Sequence record: NC_048779.1
DNA length: 64,000 nucleotides
Direction: 5' to 3' (one strand)
Both the position numbers and the translations under genes were made by a program. Shown here piece by piece: positions 1 to 7,746 of this stretch. Position 1 is the stretch's first letter, and each line of letters begins with the position of its first letter. The notes under the pieces were generated by a model. It made no database searches and was not told the origin of the DNA. It worked only from the letters and a program-made list of their open reading frames with translations.

Positions 1-119
1 CCCGCCACTATAGTGATGGTAAGGAGGGTCTCTCCTTCATGACGCATGATCTTACCTCGGCGGTAACCATCGCAAACCTTAGGTAGGTCGTCAGTGTTAT
101 CAATCTTTTTAATTAACAC
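1..119 (-). CDS. Partial hypothetical protein (N-terminus only, runs off the window)
   Basis: On the minus strand AAGGAG-ttcctc-GTG at 119 opens an unbroken frame (MLIKKIDNTDDLPKVCDGYRRGK...) to the window edge; directly follows the stop of the 130-807 gene. Confidence 0.55.
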   Translation of the reverse strand, partial: MLIKKIDNTDDLPKVCDGYRRGKIMRHEGETLLTITIVA

Positions 120-129
120 GAGGAACTCC

Positions 130-807
130 TTAATTAGTGTGTAATGTTAAAGTGCGTGGAAACAGGCTCGTTAAACGATGAGCGTCTACTTTGAGATCGT
201 ACTTGAGTTGACCTAACTCGGACAAATGCGTGCGTAGGTCCCGCATGTTTTCCATAGGTATTACTTCTTCAATGGTTCGATAATGAACAGCCACCAGCCG
301 ACAAAGTGATTCAAACACCTCATTGAAGTTTTCTTCATTTAACTTCACCAATCCCACTTGATTAGTCAAACTTACACCCAACGTCCTTTTATCCGCGTCA
401 GGCAAGAAATCCAATTCATTCAACTTCACCGGAACAGAGTAGATGTGAATAAGTTCCAACCATTTCCAAAGGATCCAGTGGAAAGTTTTGATCTGTGCTT
501 GAAGTGCATGATCTTGAATAGCTTCTTTGCTGATGGAGAAACGACCTTCATCCCGATTGCCGTAATTTCCTCGTTCCCAAACCACAAGACTATACTCCCC
601 AATCTCTAACCCTTTGGTATCCAGATAAGAAACATAACCATCATTTGTCCGGTAATTAGCAATGGTAACTGCACGCGTCGTCCCAGTCTCGAGATTACTG
701 AGATCGGCGTTTAACGTTACGTTAGGTTTATGTTCGTATTCTGTGGTTTTGATGCGAATGTAATCCCCGAGTAACACCCGGGGTTTAGCGATAGTTATTT
801 TCATCAT
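130..807 (-). CDS. Hypothetical protein with N-terminal Ig-like beta-sandwich
   Basis: 225 aa; ATGA overlap with upstream gene; first ~95 aa beta-patterned, ending LDTKGLEIGEYSLVVW. Confidence 0.7.
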   Translation of the reverse strand: MMKITIAKPRVLLGDYIRIKTTEYEHKPNVTLNADLSNLETGTTRAVTIANYRTNDGYVSYLDTKGLEIGEYSLVVWERGNYGNRDEGRFSISKEAIQDHALQAQIKTFHWILWKWLELIHIYSVPVKLNELDFLPDADKRTLGVSLTNQVGLVKLNEENFNEVFESLCRLVAVHYRTIEEVIPMENMRDLRTHLSELGQLKYDLKVDAHRLTSLFPRTLTLHTN

Positions 808-1583
808 TTCACCTTTCTTGCAAAGCCAGTGATTGCACGGATACCGGCGGGCACATTACTCAAGGTATCGTTCGAACTCGCCAGCGCCATAAGGAACGTG
901 TAATGGTAGACCAAATCACTACCCAGTGGTTCTTCAATTACCGCCTTACGGAAATTAGGATGGATAACCCATTCCTTGACATTTGAATCCAGTAATGGTA
1001 GAAGACCCGCACCGATGCTCGTGTATCCACCGGACTCAAGTTCGATAGCGGTGATGTTATCGATGTCGTTAGCGGGACAATACGTCAAATCGTAGGACTT
1101 ACGAGCGACGTCCCAGTAGAGTTCAAAGAACCACGGACCGATTTCCCAAGCAAACAGTTTGTAACGTTCACTAGGGTGCTCAGTGGCTTTGTTAAGACGT
1201 GGTTCCATTAACGCCAGTGCACGCATAAAGGTCGCAAAGAAATCCATGCCGCGAGTTTTTAGATTCATGTCAGAAATTTCAGCACTCAATCGAGTGTCGA
1301 CTCGCATCCACGCTTCGTGGGATTCTGCGATTACTTCTTGATTACGATAGATCACCAATTTAGTGCGGTAATCAGTCACTTTAGGTAAAAGCCCTTCCAC
1401 AAGAGAATAAGAAACGTCATCGATGTTGTAACCGGAAGCTAGGACTTCATCGTTAATGTAAAGTTCTGCGTGGAGCTCATGACGGTTTTCCAACTTCCCT
1501 AGGTCACGCCAAGAAGGATGGATTGTGATCGTTTCGTCAAGATGGTGAATTTGTTTGTTTACTTCGATGTTAAATTTATTCAT
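804..1583 (-). CDS. Hypothetical protein with N-terminal FN3/Ig-like domain
   Basis: 259 aa; LVEGLLPKVTDYRTKLVIY resembles the FN3 L-x-G-L-x-P-x-T-x-Y strand motif. Confidence 0.7.
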   Translation of the reverse strand: MNKFNIEVNKQIHHLDETITIHPSWRDLGKLENRHELHAELYINDEVLASGYNIDDVSYSLVEGLLPKVTDYRTKLVIYRNQEVIAESHEAWMRVDTRLSAEISDMNLKTRGMDFFATFMRALALMEPRLNKATEHPSERYKLFAWEIGPWFFELYWDVARKSYDLTYCPANDIDNITAIELESGGYTSIGAGLLPLLDSNVKEWVIHPNFRKAVIEEPLGSDLVYHYTFLMALASSNDTLSNVPAGIRAITGFARKVK

Positions 1584-1589
1584 GTCGAT

Positions 1590-2102
1590 TTACTCGTTAT
1601 CTAAAAGCGGAGAAGTTAATGAAACGTAAAGTGTTTGCAGTGGTTCAGAGAAACGGTGTTTACCACCTAATACGTAGAGCTCACCAAGCGATAGGTTTTC
1701 CAGAATGTCGTCACCGGACTCGGCGATACGAGTTAGGGTATCTGGGTATCGGAACGCCAGAATATGGAGCAGATTCACCCATAGTGTTTCTAAAGTTATG
1801 TTAGGATCAGAAATATCAAGATTAATCGTGTTCATGTGATTACCCTGTCCTTCATCGCGTATGGTGACTAACGCTATCTCTTTATTGAGTTCTTTATGGA
1901 ACCAGTAATCCAACGTGATGTCAAACACACTGAATCGATAAGAAGCAGGGTCGAAACAATTAACGAGTTCTTTACAGAAACGGTTGTCTCGGTATTCTTG
2001 AGAAAGTTCTTTCATCGGGGGTTCTTGATCACGGAGACGCTTTAACGCCCCGTATAAAGTTAAGAACAAACCAACGGCTGGTCTCATATCAGGTTGTTGC
2101 AT
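1590..2102 (-). CDS. Hypothetical protein (local paralog family B)
   Basis: 170 aa in tightly packed operon; similar to 13368-14138 (EYRD; DEG..H; L...YP....IAE). Confidence 0.75.
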   Translation of the reverse strand: MQQPDMRPAVGLFLTLYGALKRLRDQEPPMKELSQEYRDNRFCKELVNCFDPASYRFSVFDITLDYWFHKELNKEIALVTIRDEGQGNHMNTINLDISDPNITLETLWVNLLHILAFRYPDTLTRIAESGDDILENLSLGELYVLGGKHRFSEPLQTLYVSLTSPLLDNE

Positions 2103-2126
2103 GGTATTAACCTTTAATTAAAAGTA

Positions 2127-2147
2127 GGGGTCCTATCAATGGACCCC
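2127..2147 (-). terminator. Hairpin, probable intrinsic terminator
   Basis: GGGGTCC-7nt-GGACCCC just downstream of the 2159-2455 stop. Confidence 0.55.
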
Positions 2148-2158
2148 CGGATTATATT

Positions 2159-2455
2159 TTACATGTGAGTCTTTCTAGAGGAATTAAGGAACTCCCAAAC
2201 AAGTTCGTTAAACCCCACTTCCCACTCCCGGTTTTCATCCCGCCTAAACGTTAAACCGTAGGCATCGTGTAACCAACGACTGTGAACGTCTTCGTAAGAA
2301 CGAAGCTGTTTAAGCATAGCCTCCCCAAAAGCCCCAGAGTAGTCTCTCATCAAAGTAAGATATTCTTCGTGTTTCGATGGTTTTGGATTTGAGGCGAACC
2401 ACCCGTCTAACCACCGTTTGAAACGCACCATATCAAAGTTAGGTTTACGAGACAT
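2159..2455 (-). CDS. Hypothetical protein; stand-alone copy of the C-terminal domain of the upstream gene
   Basis: 98 aa; shares NPK.S..Y and WL...Y.L.F......WE...N..V.E.L with the last ~100 aa of 2445-3533. Confidence 0.75.
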   Translation of the reverse strand: MSRKPNFDMVRFKRWLDGWFASNPKPSKHEEYLTLMRDYSGAFGEAMLKQLRSYEDVHSRWLHDAYGLTFRRDENREWEVGFNELVWEFLNSSRKTHM

Positions 2456-3533
2456 GTTCCAGTAACTCCTTCACATTCTGGTTTCCTTCGTATTCCCACT
2501 TGCCATCACGGAGATGGAAAGACAAATAGTAATCACGTTCTAACCATTCCGGTTCGATATCGAAACCTTTCAAGTGTTTAACGAAGTTAGAAGAAAACAA
2601 ATTTAAGAACAAGCGACGATCTATGACTTGATCAAACCCTTCTTCGAAACGACCAGCCAATTCACCCACAAAACTCATGTAATCTAAAATAGAAAACTTA
2701 GGATTAATGGAAGTTATCGTGTCTTCAATGAATTTATCCAAGTCTTCTTCTGTTTCAACTTCAGACGGAACTTGAGTAGTGACCACTCGTGTTTCTTTGA
2801 TGTGGTCATCGATATTTTTAAAGACAAAATCTTCCATCAAACGCACACGGGAGTTGAAAACTTTTGTGGTTTTATCAAAAGTAATGGGTGACATGAAATG
2901 CTCAAATAAAAGACCTGAGTCTATGATGTCTTTCAGGTCACCATTACCCTTAATACGTTTAAAGAGTTCTTGGAAGGTCGGTGCACTGTCTACTACTTCG
3001 ATTTCCTCTAAAGCTAGGTAGGTGGTCAACACCCAACGACCCACAACCGAACGAATCTCCAATTGTCTACCAGCGATGTAAGAATCAAATAACGTAACGT
3101 CCTCACCACCCCAGTAGTTTAACCCACCAGTGATAACCTCAAATCGATCTAGCGCGGTTTGAGCATTATTTTTCAAATGTTTTTCTAGATCAAAGTCTTC
3201 CGGATGATGGACTAGAAGGTCTTTAACTTCAGCTACTGATTCATCGTTGTCATCCAACACATGAACATTCACCTCGTAAGTATGACCCTTAGGAAGGTTG
3301 ATGCTACGGAGATTAATGGTGGTGATATCTGACTCCAGTAGTTCATGGTACACGGTGGTACCGCGATCCAATACCGGAAGTTCTTCTTCATGTTCTTCTA
3401 ACTCGTTGAGCGTAGTGGTAACATAAACCAACAGAGTTTTACCGAACAGACTCTCATCCGCATAAACGTAAAGTGTGTTGTTGATTGAAGCCGGGTGAAT
3501 TCGGTAGTTAAGTTCTGCGTGTAGTTTTTTCAT
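2445..3533 (-). CDS. Hypothetical protein, N-terminal Ig-like domain plus C-terminal domain shared with 2159-2455
   Basis: 362 aa; INLPKGHTYEVNVHV strand motif near residue 85. Confidence 0.75.
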   Translation of the reverse strand: MKKLHAELNYRIHPASINNTLYVYADESLFGKTLLVYVTTTLNELEEHEEELPVLDRGTTVYHELLESDITTINLRSINLPKGHTYEVNVHVLDDNDESVAEVKDLLVHHPEDFDLEKHLKNNAQTALDRFEVITGGLNYWGGEDVTLFDSYIAGRQLEIRSVVGRWVLTTYLALEEIEVVDSAPTFQELFKRIKGNGDLKDIIDSGLLFEHFMSPITFDKTTKVFNSRVRLMEDFVFKNIDDHIKETRVVTTQVPSEVETEEDLDKFIEDTITSINPKFSILDYMSFVGELAGRFEEGFDQVIDRRLFLNLFSSNFVKHLKGFDIEPEWLERDYYLSFHLRDGKWEYEGNQNVKELLEHVS

Positions 3534-3553
3534 TGGAATAATCCTTATAAGAG

Positions 3554-3573
3554 ATGGGGTGTTTCCACCCCGT
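3554..3573 (-). terminator. Hairpin with GAAA loop on the minus strand
   Basis: acggggtg-GAAA-caccccat between the stop at 3581 and the start at 3533. Confidence 0.55.
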
Positions 3574-3580
3574 GATGAGT

Positions 3581-5104
3581 TTAAATGATTTCGTTTACGG
3601 CGTTATAAATCCAGTCTTCGTTAAGGTTTCCAGAAGTACTGAGTCTGTCTATGATTTGATCCAAGAGATGAGTTTCAGGGAACTCGACCTCATTGGTTTT
3701 ACACAAAACAGTTGTATGTTTTGGGTCCATGCAAGTGTAAGGTCCTAAGTCTTGTTTAAGGTCCTCAGGAAGCTCGTGGAGAGGTTTCAATTCAACACCG
3801 CATAACTTATGCATGAAATCAATAAAAGCCGGGGAAGCGTCTTTACGTGACTTAAATGAGTAAGTCTTGCCTTCTCCAAGATAAACGATCACTTGATGAC
3901 GACGCGTCACCTTTAACTCTACGTTGTTGGATAACCCAAAGGCTTCAACAAAGTTAATAAGGTGACCTTCTACTAGGTTGCAATTATCCGTGGTCGCAGA
4001 CATAAGGGCGGTCTCATTAGACACGAACTCCCGGGTTTGCTTAGCTAATTTACCTAAGACTTTGAAGTCTAACGGTTCTTTGGAGTGGATAAATATATCA
4101 CGGGTCAGTTGCTCACCAGACATGTCTTTAATTCGAATAGTGAGAACGTGACAAGGACTGAATCCGTACTCCGGGCGATTGTTTCGAACCGCTCTCAGGT
4201 TTTCCCAGCGAACATGTCCGGTGGTTTCCGGAATATCCACATTGTCCAGCATTTCGTTTAATGCCTTCACCACACTTGGTGCGAACCTTTCTGGGTCGTT
4301 AAAGTCAATAGGGGTGTACTTGCCATTATCGAATTCGGTTACCCCGACCATATTGTTTGCTCCCACGGCCAAATTATAGTTTAAATAAGACAAAGATAAC
4401 AAGAGTTCCTTGTCCTTATTTAAATCAATTGGGTTTTGTGAGATCCCGGGGATTAGTTTATCCACATGTCCCCAAGCAACCTGAACCTTTTTATATTTGT
4501 CAAAGAAAGGTATTAACCCACGCTCCACTAAAGTGTTTCGTAAATCCAGTGCGCGTTTTAAAACACCGCTGGTTGAGTTAATGAAATTCTTTCTTTCATT
4601 ACTCGTGCTACCATACGCGTTAGACACTAACTCTAAGACTCGGCGATTCAGTTCGTTTTCCAGTAGTGGGTTAGGTTTTAATGCGGACTTCATGATATTA
4701 AAGTCATCAAATCCAACGAAGGTATAAACCCATTCTAAACTATAAAGTCCCATTTTAGCTACACCCCAACCCAGATCTAAGGTAAGGCGTTCTGTTACTG
4801 TGACGTTTTGCTTTAACTCTGGGTCAACCTTATCCAGTAGTGCTTCCCACCCCTCCTTATCTTTAGGGAGATCGAAATCACCCCAAGTATCATTATTACG
4901 GACTAATCGATACACTGGGTCTGGTTTAACTTCATCACGTCCTCCGTAACCAAAGTTATTTACTCGGTACTCTTCAGGAAGTAGGGCGTCCGTGATAACA
5001 CCTTGTAGCATTTCTCGGTTACCCGTGCGGATTTGGAGTTGACGTTCTTGCATTTCTATGGATGTCGCTAAAACGTCCAGTGCGGCCAAAATACTCTTAT
5101 TCAT
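3581..5104 (-). CDS. Hypothetical protein
   Basis: 507 aa ORF with AAGGA RBS; no motif recognised. Confidence 0.8.
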   Translation of the reverse strand: MNKSILAALDVLATSIEMQERQLQIRTGNREMLQGVITDALLPEEYRVNNFGYGGRDEVKPDPVYRLVRNNDTWGDFDLPKDKEGWEALLDKVDPELKQNVTVTERLTLDLGWGVAKMGLYSLEWVYTFVGFDDFNIMKSALKPNPLLENELNRRVLELVSNAYGSTSNERKNFINSTSGVLKRALDLRNTLVERGLIPFFDKYKKVQVAWGHVDKLIPGISQNPIDLNKDKELLLSLSYLNYNLAVGANNMVGVTEFDNGKYTPIDFNDPERFAPSVVKALNEMLDNVDIPETTGHVRWENLRAVRNNRPEYGFSPCHVLTIRIKDMSGEQLTRDIFIHSKEPLDFKVLGKLAKQTREFVSNETALMSATTDNCNLVEGHLINFVEAFGLSNNVELKVTRRHQVIVYLGEGKTYSFKSRKDASPAFIDFMHKLCGVELKPLHELPEDLKQDLGPYTCMDPKHTTVLCKTNEVEFPETHLLDQIIDRLSTSGNLNEDWIYNAVNEII

Positions 5105-5113
5105 TTTATTTCC

Positions 5114-5869
5114 TTATTTCTCATGACGAGTTACAGTTAATAGGGTTTCACGTAAGGTTTCTTTGTATCGCTCATCGTCCGCCAGACGTAACAGCGATTT
5201 AGTGCCGGAAGGTTTAGATAAATCAATGAGTGCTTTCATCACCGATGGTTTAGCGACAGCATTTAATATTTTGTCACGGGTTACTTGCCAGCCCATTAGA
5301 CGGAAGTTAACTTCGTGTTGCGCACCATTCAAGTCCGTACAGTACATGGTTAATAAAGGCATCCCGTTATTACGGGTGTTTCGTACAAAGAACAGGTACT
5401 CCAATTCTGGGGTGCTGAACTCTAAAAACTTGGTACCGACTCGACTCTCTCTCATCGAAGGATTTTCTTTATTGAAATCCATTCTGGCACGGAACGCCAT
5501 GTGAGTGATGATATCTAGGTTACGTTTCAACGCTTTTAAGTTCTCCCCTATTGAAATGATGTTTTTCGATGCAAGGACACTCTCTGGGACAACGTCGTAT
5601 TCGAAGCCCTTAAGTTCGATAGGGTTACCACCTTTATGAACTAAGATTTTCAACGTGAAGTGTGTAAGGTCGAAGCGTTCTAAGTCAATACCCACTCGGT
5701 GTTCTGAACGATCGCTTTTAATCCAGTTGCGATGGACTTCTTCGTTGTTTATGAGTAGGGAAACTTCTTTACCCTCACAGTCTATAACCGTAAAGGTGAT
5801 ACCGAACTTACCTTTCTCTGGAACGTAGCGACCTGAAGTGATAACGTTTTTAATGTGTTTATTGGACAT
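5114..5869 (-). CDS. Hypothetical protein, N-terminal beta-sandwich plus family B domain; first gene behind a putative early promoter
   Basis: 251 aa; AAGGA RBS; TDLNGAQHEV resembles DEDGKYHDV of 13368-14138. Confidence 0.75.
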   Translation of the reverse strand: MSNKHIKNVITSGRYVPEKGKFGITFTVIDCEGKEVSLLINNEEVHRNWIKSDRSEHRVGIDLERFDLTHFTLKILVHKGGNPIELKGFEYDVVPESVLASKNIISIGENLKALKRNLDIITHMAFRARMDFNKENPSMRESRVGTKFLEFSTPELEYLFFVRNTRNNGMPLLTMYCTDLNGAQHEVNFRLMGWQVTRDKILNAVAKPSVMKALIDLSKPSGTKSLLRLADDERYKETLRETLLTVTRHEK

Positions 5870-5916
5870 GATGTTTATCCTTTTAAGTTAATGAAATAAA
5901 TAGCGTATGGATTCAT

Positions 5917-5934
5917 ACACCATAGTAATATAGA
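5917..5934 (-). promoter_or_regulatory. Putative early promoter TCTATAT-N6-RGTGT (copy 1)
   Basis: Minus strand TCTATAT-TACTAT-GGTGT, 48 bp upstream of the start at 5869; contains TATATTAC, the published phiKZ early promoter core. Confidence 0.7.
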
Positions 5935-5958
5935 TCTGTTAAATTTTACAGAATGCGA

Positions 5959-5994
5959 TATATCCCCTCACCCCAAATGGGGTGAGGGGATATA
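5959..5994. terminator. Perfect 16-bp inverted repeat, intrinsic terminator
   Basis: tatatcccctcacccc-aaat-ggggtgaggggatata right after the stop of 6000-6290. Confidence 0.75.
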
Positions 5995-5999
5995 GTAGT

Positions 6000-6290
6000 T
6001 TACTTGGTTACTCGAACCTTAAACTCACCTTGGTGTTCATAACCCGCTTCTGTATTTTCAGTAAGCTGATATGCAAGGGTAACAGTGCCGGGTTTAATGT
6101 CGTCGGTAGGGATCTCAAAACAGAACCCACCATTTGGTTCCGTGTAAAGAACTTCGTTCAACACCTTACCATTAAGTGACAACACTATTTGATGCGGTTG
6201 ACCCAAACCATCGAATTTACCTTTAAGCTGGATCGGATTACCACGCTTCACTTTATCAGTGGCTACGGCGTGATTTAGAATCGCTGACAT
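6000..6290 (-). CDS. Stand-alone Ig-like domain protein
   Basis: 96 aa; PIQLKGK...LNGKVLNEVLYTEPNGGFCFEI aligns by eye with Ig repeats of 14249-17932 (PITLSGK...NNGVKVSDITSDEQGVFNVDI). Confidence 0.7.
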   Translation of the reverse strand: MSAILNHAVATDKVKRGNPIQLKGKFDGLGQPHQIVLSLNGKVLNEVLYTEPNGGFCFEIPTDDIKPGTVTLAYQLTENTEAGYEHQGEFKVRVTK

Positions 6291-6318
6291 ATTAGTCTCC
6301 TGTTAATAAGCGAATTAA

Positions 6319-6336
6319 ATGGGGACGGGTCCCCAT
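6319..6336. terminator. Short GC-rich hairpin
   Basis: atgggga-cggg-tccccat after the stop of 6343-7698. Confidence 0.45.
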
Positions 6337-6342
6337 AACATC

Positions 6343-7698
6343 TTAGTGGATCGTAGGTGCGTTCAACAAATCTTCTTCAGTGATCACCGCTTGGTTGTCT
6401 AGGTCCGCAGGTTTCACGTTCGTGTATGGTGCGAAGTGTTCTGTTTCTACATCGTACAGGTGTTGTTGGAATGCATCAAAGAACGTACCAGAGAAAGTCT
6501 GACAACGTTCAGCGATTACTTGTTCATCGTGCGGTAAGATAAACGATTCACCTTGCTCCACCGTATGCAGCATCATATTGGAGATATCCAGTTTAACTGG
6601 ACACTGTGTACGCACGCACTCATCTTCAATAGTTTGTAGGAACCAGCTGATCTCTTCGTCGATCAATTTACGACCTTCTTCACATACATCGTCAAAGCCC
6701 CAAACACGCACTGTGTGTTTAGCAATTGGGTGGTGGATCTTACCGATGTAAAGTTGATGGATTTCTTTATTCAACACTTCGTAACCAGTATTGTAGTTCA
6801 ACAGGTTACCAATGACGATATTCATTTCATCCACGTGTGACTCTAGGGTTGCAATCATTTCTCGATCTTGTTCATGTTCCCACTGATCAAGATTAACTGG
6901 AGTACGATTGATAACAAAATTTTCTTCATTGCGTACTGGTTGTAAATCCAGTCCCAATTTAATTTTATGGTCTTCGATGTTAAGGGAGAACCATAAATCG
7001 TGTGTCTTGACTGTAGGGGTCTTTTCTCCCCACTGGTTTACAAGCTCGCCAATTTTGCCAAGTTGGGTAGCAATGCGTTTGGCATTACGATTAACAACTG
7101 TATCTACGTGCTGAACATCGTGTGCGGTCATATCACCAAAGTGTTCGTCGATCCATTCATCTGACGGTTCGTAAACCGTGATGTTAGGGATGCGGTTAAT
7201 AACCATTGGGTAGTACTTGTTACGATGCTTACGTTCTTCTGAATTAACTTGTTCCATGCTCAAAGTGGCGATGAAACCAATCAGTTCTTTCACGTTGCGA
7301 TCGTTGGCGAAACTGTCAACTTCCTTGCTCAATTTATTAAGCTCACGAAGTTGTTCCAGAATGCTTTCGATCATGACGTTGTACACCAAGTACTCAAGGT
7401 GTTCTCGATCACCTAACCATTCTTTCAGTTGCTTAGCACTGTACGGCATATCAGGGTCATCAGACTCTAGGTATTCCGTAAGTTCAACCGGAAGATTAAA
7501 ATCAATACGAATACGGGTCATTGGTAGGTATTCGTGATTAGAGATTGTCACATTCATGTCTTCTGGTGCAAGACCTGTGTGTAGCAGGGAAGGTGTTCCG
7601 TTAGTTTCAACAGGCATGATGAAAGTAAGGTTGTTTAGTCCTTCAGCAATGTACGCAAACATCTTCCAAAGGTCGTGGTTAGGTTTAGACTTAGACAT
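6343..7698 (-). CDS. Hypothetical protein, divergent from the helicase
   Basis: 451 aa ORF with AAGGA RBS; no motif recognised. Confidence 0.8.
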   Translation of the reverse strand: MSKSKPNHDLWKMFAYIAEGLNNLTFIMPVETNGTPSLLHTGLAPEDMNVTISNHEYLPMTRIRIDFNLPVELTEYLESDDPDMPYSAKQLKEWLGDREHLEYLVYNVMIESILEQLRELNKLSKEVDSFANDRNVKELIGFIATLSMEQVNSEERKHRNKYYPMVINRIPNITVYEPSDEWIDEHFGDMTAHDVQHVDTVVNRNAKRIATQLGKIGELVNQWGEKTPTVKTHDLWFSLNIEDHKIKLGLDLQPVRNEENFVINRTPVNLDQWEHEQDREMIATLESHVDEMNIVIGNLLNYNTGYEVLNKEIHQLYIGKIHHPIAKHTVRVWGFDDVCEEGRKLIDEEISWFLQTIEDECVRTQCPVKLDISNMMLHTVEQGESFILPHDEQVIAERCQTFSGTFFDAFQQHLYDVETEHFAPYTNVKPADLDNQAVITEEDLLNAPTIH

Positions 7699-7746
7699 GT
7701 CAGTTTCCTTTTTCTTTTTTTCAATTAAACTTTAATAGGGGTTATT

